From positions 1 through 45,443 of the forward strand of contig CAWBCT010000011.1 in the NCBI GenBank assembly GCA_963787445.1: 45,443 bases of DNA. The letters are read 5' to 3'. Of the stretch, positions 27,424 to 35,341 are shown piece after piece (the stretch's first letter is position 1; each line of letters starts with the position of its first letter). A model generated the notes under the pieces. It ran no database searches and was not told the DNA's origin. It saw only the letters and a program-made list of their open reading frames with translations. This stretch comes from an uncultured archaeon. Its GTDB lineage: Archaea; Micrarchaeota; Micrarchaeia; Micrarchaeales; CABMGC01. A program made the position numbers and the translations under genes.

Positions 27424-27876
27424 ATGACAACACAAAAGATAGTGCACAGATGCTCTTTGACAACCGCGCAGAAGCGGGGAATTAACGAGAAGATGTTTGG
27501 GGCCATAGACAAGGGCGACTTTGAGGGCTACATGAGGGCCGTTTGGAGCGGGGCCGACATCCACGCGAGATTGGCCAGCAGAAGGAATATGACAACGCTC
27601 ATGGTCGCCGCCAGAGGGGGTTACATAAAGATTGCAAACGACCTTAACAGCAGGGGGGTGAAGCTAAATGCTGCTGACCATGACGGCCTTACCGCTGAAG
27701 AGCATGCTGCAGCGCATCCGCACTTGAGGGTGCTTCTGGTGAGCGGATTCAGGCTCTCGATGGGAGACGCGCTCCGCAACGGATTTCACCATCTCACAAC
27801 GGAAGCTGAGAAGCTCAAGGCTACCCGCAGGCACATAGATTACAGGATGGCCCACAGGCACGACAGCGAGAGATAA
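27424..27876 (+). CDS. Ankyrin repeat protein
   Basis: GADIHA...TTLMVAARGGYIKIANDL..RGVKLNAADHDGLTAEEHA. Confidence 0.85.
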   Translation: MTTQKIVHRCSLTTAQKRGINEKMFGAIDKGDFEGYMRAVWSGADIHARLASRRNMTTLMVAARGGYIKIANDLNSRGVKLNAADHDGLTAEEHAAAHPHLRVLLVSGFRLSMGDALRNGFHHLTTEAEKLKATRRHIDYRMAHRHDSER

Positions 27877-27884
27877 GTTGAACA

Positions 27885-27959
27885 CGGACATGGCGGGATT
27901 TGAACCCGCAACCCCCGGCTCCGCAAGCCGGTGCGCTATCCAAGTTACGCCACATGTCC
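27885..27959 (-). tRNA. tRNA-Arg(GCG)
   Basis: GGACATG/CATGTCC acceptor, CCGGC-TTGCGGA-GCCGG anticodon arm and TTCAAAT T loop. Confidence 0.96.
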
Positions 27960-28044
27960 TTATGACCAATCTTTATATACTTTTGTTATTAAAGAGTTAA
28001 CGTTTGCTGGCAATCCTACGACTGCGAGCATGGCTTGTGATAGA

Positions 28045-28209
28045 ATGACGAACAAAGGAAAGGTATGCACCTCATGCGGAAGGCTCACGGACAAGTACGT
28101 CGCCTTCAAGTGCCCTTCGTGCAACGAGCAGGAGATCTTCAGATGCGAGGAGTGCAGGCTGAACCACACCAAGTACCGCTGCAAGAAGTGCGGATTTGAG
28201 GGTCCGTGA
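28045..28209 (+). CDS. Zn-ribbon RNA-binding protein (COG2888/DUF1610)
   Basis: CTSCG...FKCPSC...RCEECR...YRCKKCGFEGP, with conserved linkage to aEF1beta. Confidence 0.9.
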   Translation: MTNKGKVCTSCGRLTDKYVAFKCPSCNEQEIFRCEECRLNHTKYRCKKCGFEGP

Positions 28210-28451
28210 TGGGAAACGTAGCCACTATATTTAAGGTCTATATGGAAGCCGGCCAGGAGGCCAGCGTCCAGGAGGCCGTGAAGAAGTTCAACCCCAAGAG
28301 CATGCAGCTCGAGGAGGTGGGTTTCGGGATAAAGGTGCTGAAGGTCATGTTCGTCCACACCGATGAGGAGGGCAGCACGACCTACGAGGACATGCTCAAG
28401 GGCGTGAAGGGCGTCAACGAAGTGGAAGTGCAGGAGCAGACGCTTCTCTGA
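28209..28451 (+). CDS. ef1b: Translation elongation factor 1-beta
   Basis: MGNVATIFKVY...EEVGFGIKVL...GVNEVEV. Confidence 0.92.
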   Translation: MGNVATIFKVYMEAGQEASVQEAVKKFNPKSMQLEEVGFGIKVLKVMFVHTDEEGSTTYEDMLKGVKGVNEVEVQEQTLL

Positions 28452-28486
28452 TTCTTTTATACTTTTGCTAAGTAAAATAATCTGAT

Positions 28487-28559
28487 AGCCCCGTAGTCTA
28501 GTGGTCAAGGACGGCGGGCTCTGAACCCGTTAACCCCAGTTCGAATCTGGGCGGGGCTA
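28487..28559 (+). tRNA. tRNA-Gln(CTG)
   Basis: AGCCCCG/CGGGGCT acceptor with the archaeal A1-U72 pair, anticodon loop CTCTGAA and T loop TTCGAAT. Confidence 0.96.
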
Positions 28560-29387
28560 TTGAACTTATATATGTTTGGCTAAAATAGCAAATTTAAGAT
28601 CGTATTGTTGCTATTAGCGCCTTTCCTAACCACTTGTTCCTGTCTTCGTTTCCAAGATTCCCTGCATAATCTATTTTATCCACGGTCTCGCATTTTACAT
28701 CTAATTTTTTAAAAAGCCACGCAATATCTTCTGGTTCTTTGAAATTAGGTAGGTACAAGGCGATATGCTTAGGATTCGCATCAACAAGTTTTCTAAAGAC
28801 ATCTCTTATTCTTTCTAATGCGCCGTCTTTAATTCCGTCAAGCGTTTGTGTGTCAATAGGGACATAGTTGTGGAAAAGAAGTGCATCAGCACCTTTGATC
28901 AATTCAATCTGATCTTCTATTTTACCAACAATCCAGTTTAAATTAGGGGTTCCTAAATTTGTTGACTGATAGTTTGCCTCAAAGAGTAACCGATGTTGAT
29001 GTACTTGAATAGGATCTATATCTACCATAGAATAACTGCCGCCAGTTCCAAGACGTCGTGCAACATGCAGACTGGAGTCCCAGCCAGTATTGCCTATACA
29101 CCCCTCAACTATTCTTGAATTTTTTCTTAGAATGCGTCTATCTACTAGAAGTTCCACATAACTGTAAGGATTAGTTCTACGAGATTTGCTCTTCTGGGAA
29201 CTATTGTTCATGAATATCAAGATTATTGGTGCTTTTCAGATTTATAAGCGTTTAAAGATTGGGACTGTTGTCTAATTTTACTTAATCTAACAAGAATAGT
29301 ATATCCCAATAAACACCTTTTCTGAACAGCCTAACAAGCTATGTGCGGATAAACCCAACGACGACGTTGTCTTAAGGCGGGGCTATT
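28550..29387. mobile_element. Degraded AT-rich islet at the tRNA-Gln 3' end
   Basis: GGCGGGGCTATT occurs at 28550..28561 (tRNA 3' end) and again at 29376..29387, with a visibly AT-rich interior. Confidence 0.5.
28594..29211 (-). CDS. Hypothetical protein, possibly a divergent SAM methyltransferase fold
   Basis: RIVEGCIG, YSMVDIDP and WIVGKIED resemble class I MTase motifs. AT-rich codons. Confidence 0.55.
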   Translation of the reverse strand: MNNSSQKSKSRRTNPYSYVELLVDRRILRKNSRIVEGCIGNTGWDSSLHVARRLGTGGSYSMVDIDPIQVHQHRLLFEANYQSTNLGTPNLNWIVGKIEDQIELIKGADALLFHNYVPIDTQTLDGIKDGALERIRDVFRKLVDANPKHIALYLPNFKEPEDIAWLFKKLDVKCETVDKIDYAGNLGNEDRNKWLGKALIATIRS

Positions 29388-29492
29388 TCAACATTATGTT
29401 GGACTTATACAAAACTGTAGTAATCGAAGTACGATGAATCTGACAAGGAATTTTTTTCTAATTAAGTATAAATATCTGAAAAAGGTAATGAA

Positions 29493-29615
29493 ATGTCAAT
29501 GACGATCTTGAAAAGTGGTTCAGCATCGCGAGGCAGTTCTTACTATTTTACAAATCCGATAAAAGTTATAAAAGCTCTTTTAAGAAAAGTAAACACAGGT
29601 AAGCCAACAGCTTAA
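29493..29615 (+). CDS. Putative 40-aa small protein
   Basis: MSMTILKSGSASRGSSYYFTNPIKVIKALLRKVNTGKPTA behind TATAAATATCTGAAAAA at 29467. Confidence 0.3.
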   Translation: MSMTILKSGSASRGSSYYFTNPIKVIKALLRKVNTGKPTA

Positions 29616-29737
29616 CAAGCTATATGTAGCAGTGAACTTTAGGCTGGAAAGGCTTGGCGGCTGGGCACAGCTGAGGGGTTATAAAATAAAAGGGCACAGG
29701 GCCCGAATTAAAATAAAGACGTCAGGGTCTTCAGCCG

Positions 29738-30670
29738 TTACTTCTTTCTCATCATCAGCCAAGCGACTATCGCTATTATGATGATTACGATTACGACTCC
29801 GACTATCCACAGCGTTGTGCTTGAGCCAGCCGCCGAGTAGGTGGTCGAGTTGGTGGTGTTCACAATCGCTGCCGTTGTCACTGCAGCCACGGTCGTGACT
29901 GGGGCGACGGTCGTTGTTACGTTAACAATCGGCGCTGACAGGGGCGCTATCGAGGCCAGGTACACGTGCATCTGGGCCTTGTCAAGGCTTACGTCGGACA
30001 TCGTTCCCGCCGTCTTGTTGTAGACCCAGATGTTCTGCTTCCCGTAGAAGCCGCCCACGAATCCAGTCCCGTTGACCACTTCATTCAGGTAGCTGAATGA
30101 GGTCCAGTTGGACAGGTGGTTCACGGTGAACGTCACCGACTTTGAGACGCCAGTGCTGTTCACGAATGCGACAGCCTGTATCGTTCGGTGGTTGATCTGT
30201 ATCAGGAAGGCGGACTTGAACGTGTAGCCGGTCAGGTTTGCGGGGGTTCCCAGGTTCTGGGCCCTGAAGGTCGAGAGCGTCACGTTGTAGGTCGAGGTGA
30301 TTGTGTTGCTCACGTTCGCGTAGGTCCCGGGCATGACTACCAGCGTCATGTTGTATCCATTAGGGCTCCTGGAGTGAAGCGTGCCTCCGATCGTTGAGGT
30401 CACCTGCAGCGTTGAGGTGTTGAACAGCACAAAGTTAGCCAGGGTCCCAAGCGTGCTCGGGCTCGTGCTGTTTATGCTGCTGTTGTAGATCGGTCCTATC
30501 AGCGGAGTCTGGGTCGAGCTGTTCGTCAGGTTGTAGCTCGTGGCGTTGTATCCTGACAGCGTGCTCGGGTTGGTGCTGTTCGTGGTGTTGTATAGCGGCC
30601 CGAACGCCATCACCGGCACTGCGGTCGCCAGCAACGCTGTTACTAATAGTACAATTTGGTATAGCTTCAT
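29738..30670 (-). CDS. Thr/Asn-rich membrane-anchored surface glycoprotein
   Basis: Signal peptide, many NxT/S sequons, internal repeat GP(L/I)YN...ST.PSTL, Thr-rich linker, C-terminal TM and RKK. Confidence 0.8.
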   Translation of the reverse strand: MKLYQIVLLVTALLATAVPVMAFGPLYNTTNSTNPSTLSGYNATSYNLTNSSTQTPLIGPIYNSSINSTSPSTLGTLANFVLFNTSTLQVTSTIGGTLHSRSPNGYNMTLVVMPGTYANVSNTITSTYNVTLSTFRAQNLGTPANLTGYTFKSAFLIQINHRTIQAVAFVNSTGVSKSVTFTVNHLSNWTSFSYLNEVVNGTGFVGGFYGKQNIWVYNKTAGTMSDVSLDKAQMHVYLASIAPLSAPIVNVTTTVAPVTTVAAVTTAAIVNTTNSTTYSAAGSSTTLWIVGVVIVIIIIAIVAWLMMRKK

Positions 30671-30787
30671 TATATCACTTTCAGCTTTTTATCTAAACCT
30701 TATAATATAAAAAGCTTATCCGCTGTTTCGGAATGTGGGCGGGCCCTTTACCGCCACGTTTTTATATTTGTTTATGGATGCATTAGC

Positions 30788-31411
30788 ATGGACCTTCTCC
30801 AGAAATCCGTCATTGCCGTCGCAGTTGTCGTATTTATCATATTCATGGTCTTCTACCTCGCCAGCAACGGGGTCTTCACCCAGCAGGTGACCCAGCAGCA
30901 GGCGGTCGCGCAGGTCCAGTCCGACCTCCAGAACTCCAACCCCTCCGCCGCAATCAACATCACCAACGTGAGCCAGTCCCAGTACGCGGGAAGCTGGCAC
31001 ATTGTGGCTTCTGTGGTGCTCAACGCCACCTCGCCCTGCCCATCCTACTACATATACTCCTTCGACTACCCCAAGTACGGCTTCGTCTACCGCGTGGAGA
31101 ACACCTACACGAGCAACTGCACGATCTACGGGAGCCAGGGCAACTCCACGGTGGTGATCGGCTCGGCCTCCGCGGCCATAACCCGTGCCTACGACCTGGA
31201 CAGCCCGACGCTCGCCGCCTACCTAGAGAGCTACGGCTACAGCAACATGGTGACCTCGGCCGCCTACCAGAAGAGCTTCGGCTACCTGGGCAGGAACTAC
31301 TCGAACGTCTGGGTCGTGGTCTACGGCTCGCCGAAGACGAGCTCCACGGTCACGAGCCTTATCTCGCAGCTGAACGGGAGCGCCCTCTCGGTCTACAGCA
31401 GCTACGGCTAA
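30788..31411 (+). CDS. Hypothetical N-terminally anchored exported protein
   Basis: N-terminal TM followed by a Ser/Tyr/Asn-rich domain with a Cys pair. Confidence 0.7.
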   Translation: MDLLQKSVIAVAVVVFIIFMVFYLASNGVFTQQVTQQQAVAQVQSDLQNSNPSAAINITNVSQSQYAGSWHIVASVVLNATSPCPSYYIYSFDYPKYGFVYRVENTYTSNCTIYGSQGNSTVVIGSASAAITRAYDLDSPTLAAYLESYGYSNMVTSAAYQKSFGYLGRNYSNVWVVVYGSPKTSSTVTSLISQLNGSALSVYSSYG

Positions 31412-31908
31412 AGCGCCAGGACAAGCCGGATCACGTTCGCCTTCTTTCCGTTCCTTTCGGTTGAAATAGGAGCCGCGCTGTCGATCGCGAAGCCGTGCTT
31501 CAGGAAGAAGCCCAGGACTCCCTGGTTCTCCCGCTGGACCTCAGCCACAACGAACTTCACGTTCAGGATTCTCGCTTCCCTCAGGCACCTGAGAAGCAGC
31601 GAACGCCCCACGCCGCTGCCCTGATACTTGGGGTCGATGATTATTCCGAGAATGCCCGTGCCTTTCTCTATGAGGATCTCGCAGTCCCCGATCACCTTTC
31701 CGTTAAGGACCGCGACGTTGTCGATCAGCGTCTCCTGCTTCTTGGAGGCTAGCTTCTGCGCGAAGATTCCCTTCAGCTGCTCCTCGCTCGGCTTCTCCGC
31801 AAACCAGGTGGCCTGCGGCGTGCTCTCGAAGATCTCCGCCATCAGGGAGACGATTCCCTCCCCGTGGGAGTCATCCAAAGCCAGCAGCTCAACGCCCATC
31901 TTCCTCAC
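31408..31908 (-). CDS. GNAT-family N-acetyltransferase
   Basis: IDPKYQGSGVGRSLL acetyl-CoA motif A and N...GFFLKHGF. Confidence 0.92.
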   Translation of the reverse strand: MRKMGVELLALDDSHGEGIVSLMAEIFESTPQATWFAEKPSEEQLKGIFAQKLASKKQETLIDNVAVLNGKVIGDCEILIEKGTGILGIIIDPKYQGSGVGRSLLLRCLREARILNVKFVVAEVQRENQGVLGFFLKHGFAIDSAAPISTERNGKKANVIRLVLAL

Positions 31909-31963
31909 TTGTCAAAACAAACTGCACCGCAAGACTTTTAAGCAAATATATCTTAATCATAGC

Positions 31964-32158
31964 ATGCGCATTACAAAACTTACCGCGAAGAAGATATTAA
32001 AGGAGGTGGGTGCGGAGAGGGTAAGCGACGATGCGGCCGTCGAGTTCGCCGATACGATAAACGAGTTCTCCTACAAGATAGCCAACAAGGCGGTGAAGCT
32101 CGCCGCCCACGCCAAGCGCGCGACCATAAAGAAGTCCGACGTTGAGCTAGCGGTCTGA
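31964..32158 (+). CDS. Archaeal histone (HMf-like)
   Basis: 64 aa with GAERVSDDA...AVKLAAHAKRATIKKSDVELA histone-fold signature. ATG at 31964 with TTTTAAG about 22-28 nt upstream. Confidence 0.94.
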   Translation: MRITKLTAKKILKEVGAERVSDDAAVEFADTINEFSYKIANKAVKLAAHAKRATIKKSDVELAV

Positions 32159-32163
32159 TTAGC

Positions 32164-33066
32164 ATGGTTAAATGGCCGAGTGGTGCAAAGTTTTCCGATT
32201 CCAAGGCTCAGTCGGCGATGGAGTACCTGATGACCTACGGCTGGTCCATACTCATCATCGCCGTGGTGCTCGCCGCGCTCTTCGAGCTTGGGGTCTTTGG
32301 CAACGGTGCCCTTTCACACAGAGCGCAGCCCGGAGGCTGCCGGGTGAGCAGGCCTGGAGGCGCCCAGAGCACGACCAACCTCAACCTTCAGGGCATCTGC
32401 AACAACGAGCCGCCGGAGTATGCGGCTCAGTTCAATGGGCAGAGCAGCAGTATTAATGTTGGGAGCAGCCCGAGCTTGCTTGCAAATGTAATCACGATAG
32501 CAGCGTGGGTAAAAGTTACAGGAGGCACTGCGGTCGTTCAACCATTGATTTTATTTGGGGGGTCTGGTTACTATCTCACCGGCGGCGGCGGAAATCCCCA
32601 GATTATAGATTTGAATGGCAACAACTACAGATACTTCTTTAACAGTCCGGTGAACCCGGATGATGGAAACTGGCACTTCGTCGTGGTTGAGCTGACCGGG
32701 AACGGACAGTTCGATATTGCAAATTCCATGATCTACGTAGACGGGCAGAGCGAAGCACCAGACGGTGTGGTAGACACGGGTTTGCCACCAGTAAGATCCG
32801 GACCGGTTTCTATGGGGGGCCCTGGCTCACATCTTAATGGATACCTTTCAAACGTCCAGATCTACAATACCGACCTTTCCTCAAACGACGTCCTAATCCT
32901 TTACCAGGAGGGTATCAGCGGCACTCCGATTCTCGGCGATGGGCTTGTAAGCTGGTGGCCGCTTAATGGGGATGTGAACGACTACTCCGGGGAGTACAAC
33001 AACGGCATGGCGACCAACGTGGTCTTCACGACCTTGTGGACCAGCGGATATACCGCCCCGCATTAG
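32164..33066 (+). CDS. LamG-like jellyroll protein with class III (prepilin-type) signal peptide
   Basis: KAQ/SAMEYLMTYGWSILIIAVV prepilin-type motif, ITIAAWVK, WHFVVV, IYVDG, SNVQIYN and LVSWWPLNG. Confidence 0.9.
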   Translation: MVKWPSGAKFSDSKAQSAMEYLMTYGWSILIIAVVLAALFELGVFGNGALSHRAQPGGCRVSRPGGAQSTTNLNLQGICNNEPPEYAAQFNGQSSSINVGSSPSLLANVITIAAWVKVTGGTAVVQPLILFGGSGYYLTGGGGNPQIIDLNGNNYRYFFNSPVNPDDGNWHFVVVELTGNGQFDIANSMIYVDGQSEAPDGVVDTGLPPVRSGPVSMGGPGSHLNGYLSNVQIYNTDLSSNDVLILYQEGISGTPILGDGLVSWWPLNGDVNDYSGEYNNGMATNVVFTTLWTSGYTAPH

Positions 33067-33113
33067 GCTTATCTCGGATAATATTTGCCGGGCATTAACT
33101 GACCGCGTAGCTT

Positions 33114-33725
33114 TTATTCTACAATTATTACTTCGCCGTCCCTGAGCGTCTTGAAAGGGATCTTGTTTTTCTTGCAGTATTCAACCGTCTTAGCAATACC
33201 CTTTGATTCTGGGTGATCCGATTTGTAATGGGGCAGGAAGGCGTAGTCTATAAGACCCAAACCTTTCCAGATCACCTCCTTTACCGAATAGGGTGTGATC
33301 GTGGGATCATCTACTATTTGCAGGTATCTGAGGTTGTGGCTTAGAACGCATCCTGCAGCGCTGTATCCTCCGTACAGAAATTCCTTCCGGTCCATCTTCA
33401 TGAGGATCTTGTCCAGGCCGCTCAGCTTCATGGCTTGCCTCAGGACAAAGACGTTCCCTCCCCTAACCCAGATCCCGCCAAGCGCGTCTATCTTCTTTTT
33501 GAGCTCCTTCTCCTTTCCAAAGTATTTCTTCAGGTCTAACATCTCAACGCTTATTCCCAGATCGATCAGCTCCTTCATCGCCGCTTGGTTTCTCTCCTTT
33601 CGTATCTTTGGCTCTGCGTAATCCAAGGCGTTCGGGATAAACCCGAGGCTCTTTCCCTTCGGGACCATCCTCGTTAGCTTGCTCGCCTTGCTGCCAATGT
33701 GCGATGACGAAAGATAATACTTCAT
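33114..33725 (-). CDS. pepE: Peptidase E (S51 family, alpha-aspartyl dipeptidase-like)
   Basis: FIPNA, IWVRGGNVF.L, YGGYSAAG nucleophile Ser and FLPHY. Confidence 0.88.
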   Translation of the reverse strand: MKYYLSSSHIGSKASKLTRMVPKGKSLGFIPNALDYAEPKIRKERNQAAMKELIDLGISVEMLDLKKYFGKEKELKKKIDALGGIWVRGGNVFVLRQAMKLSGLDKILMKMDRKEFLYGGYSAAGCVLSHNLRYLQIVDDPTITPYSVKEVIWKGLGLIDYAFLPHYKSDHPESKGIAKTVEYCKKNKIPFKTLRDGEVIIVE

Positions 33726-33774
33726 GCTCTCCTCTAGAGATTCAAGGATTATAAGATTTTGCATTGGCGACGGA

Positions 33775-34086
33775 TCAGAGGATTGCCAAGGCTATTGCTC
33801 CTGAGAGCTTCAGTATTAGTATGGTGCCCACAGCCGGCAGGCCGAACAGCGCTGTGACAACGATCACCGGCAGGGTGAACGGGATCGAGATCGCCAGCCA
33901 GTAGTTCAGCACGAAGAGGGCTGCGAAGCCCAGCACCGTGTTCATTATTATCCCGAAGATTACCTTGCCGATGGAGCGCCCTATCCTGAATATTATGTAA
34001 AGGATGACGAGTGCTATGGCGGCCAGTATCACGTAGGAGATGGTGCTCGTCAGGGTCAGGGCCAATAGGATTGATGCGCCGGACAT
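33775..34086 (-). CDS. BofA-family (pro-sigmaK processing inhibitor-like) membrane protein
   Basis: Three TMs with NTVLG..AL..LN...I.IP...VTALFGLPAV pattern. Confidence 0.75.
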   Translation of the reverse strand: MSGASILLALTLTSTISYVILAAIALVILYIIFRIGRSIGKVIFGIIMNTVLGFAALFVLNYWLAISIPFTLPVIVVTALFGLPAVGTILILKLSGAIALAIL

Positions 34087-34119
34087 AAGTTAATATATCT
34101 ACTAAATGCTATATAAATC

Positions 34120-34355
34120 GTGGTGTGCGGGTGGCTTACGGTCAGAATATGACTGAGGAAGCTCTCTCCATGCAGAGCGCGTGTGGCCTAAGGCCTTATT
34201 CGGAACAGAAACGAGACCGCTTCGTCGCATGAGCGATGACACAACGAGCGCGGCGGTGCGGATGAAACGGCCGATGTGCGCGCGGTGAGCATGCAAGGCA
34301 GAATGCCGCTTAGTCGAATGTCACCTAAAACAGAAGAGGGGCTACGGCACACCAC
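34120..34355 (+). ncRNA. rnpB: RNase P RNA (reduced, type M-like)
   Basis: CR-I GAGGAAGCTCTCTC pairs with CR-V AACAGAAGAGGGGCT (P4 with bulged U). P1 GTGGTGTGC/GCACACCAC, CR-II ACAGAAA and CR-III TGAAAC. Confidence 0.93.
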
Positions 34356-34363
34356 ACTTCTTT

Positions 34364-34540
34364 TTACTGGGTTCTCTGGGTCCTTACAAGGAATCCGAAG
34401 AATCCTTCGGTGTTCTCTGCGCTGATGCCGTGGTCTACACGCTGCAACCTTCTTAGCAGGCGCGCCATGCTGCCCTTCGCCGTGCGTCCGCTGGTCGCAT
34501 CGTTCGCCTTGTTTGTCGGCTTGGTGTTCAATTGGTTCAT
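34364..34540 (-). CDS. Putative 58-aa small protein
   Basis: MNQLNTKPTNKANDATSGRTAKGSMARLLRRLQRVDHGISAENTEGFFGFLVRTQRTQ, with GTGATC SD and TATA upstream. Fills the intergenic gap; not in the ORF track. Confidence 0.5.
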   Translation of the reverse strand: MNQLNTKPTNKANDATSGRTAKGSMARLLRRLQRVDHGISAENTEGFFGFLVRTQRTQ

Positions 34541-34678
34541 CTGATCACTGGAACCTCTGACTCATTTAAGCTTTTATAGACGAAGTCGAGATAGACAGCT
34601 GACGATATGGTCTGACGTCGAGAGCAGGATAAATAGGCTTAAATATCTAGAAACTGGAGTAGTATAGAGAATGATATA

Positions 34679-35341
34679 ATGACTACAACTGTCCGCAAAG
34701 CACCATCAGTCATGCCTAAACTTAGGGGTAACTCTGAAGATGCAAGTACTTTTACAATCTTGAAGCGTAACCTTGATTCATTCCAGGTGGATTCGCCAAT
34801 CTTGAACCACGAAGTAATTAGGGGCTTCATTCGTCCGATAGAGGCGCGCGCGGGTTACGAGCTCGCGAAGCGGCTGATGGAAGACGGAAGCAACGACCTG
34901 CATGCCTTTGCCGCGAAATCGGACGCCGTCTGCGTCAAGATAGAGGACCTTCTTGAGGTCATGTACGTGCCGAAGTTCATCACCCTTATGGAGATGGAGG
35001 CTCAACGGCTCGACAGACCAAACAACATTCAGCTGCTTTCGGGAGACCAAACTAATGTCTTCATGGGCCCCCAGCGCCAACCCCACCTTTCGGTAAAGCG
35101 GATGCTGGATTTTGTATTGAATGCGGATGGGGAAGAAAAGCTGGACCTGTTGATGGGATCTGAAAGGTATCAGGTGGCTGTAATGGAGTACTCCAAGGAG
35201 CTCCTAATAAACTCCAAGTACAGCTTTGATGAATATTTCAGGAAACTCAGCAGGATTACGGAGTTTGACCACACGAAAGAGCTCGTGGATGGACTTAGGA
35301 ACATGTACGCTTTTGAGATGGGCGTCAAGCTTCCCGAGTAG
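34679..35341 (+). CDS. Hypothetical protein
   Basis: 220 aa with promoter CTTAAATATCTAGAAAC at 34638. Confidence 0.65.
   Translation: MTTTVRKAPSVMPKLRGNSEDASTFTILKRNLDSFQVDSPILNHEVIRGFIRPIEARAGYELAKRLMEDGSNDLHAFAAKSDAVCVKIEDLLEVMYVPKFITLMEMEAQRLDRPNNIQLLSGDQTNVFMGPQRQPHLSVKRMLDFVLNADGEEKLDLLMGSERYQVAVMEYSKELLINSKYSFDEYFRKLSRITEFDHTKELVDGLRNMYAFEMGVKLPE

Noticed and set aside
27931-28044. N-terminal extension of the Zn-ribbon protein
   Set aside because: It overlaps tRNA-Arg(GCG) and promoter sequence. ATG at 28045 gives the family-typical length.
29590-29710. Known riboswitch or self-cleaving ribozyme
   Set aside because: The hairpin could not be matched by eye to twister, hammerhead, HDV or c-di-GMP consensus. 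It is kept only as an unassigned structure.
31628-31963. Long N-terminal histone tail implied by the 176-aa track ORF
   Set aside because: The extension is antisense to the GNAT gene, and a TATA element plus ATG at 31964 gives a normal 64-aa histone.
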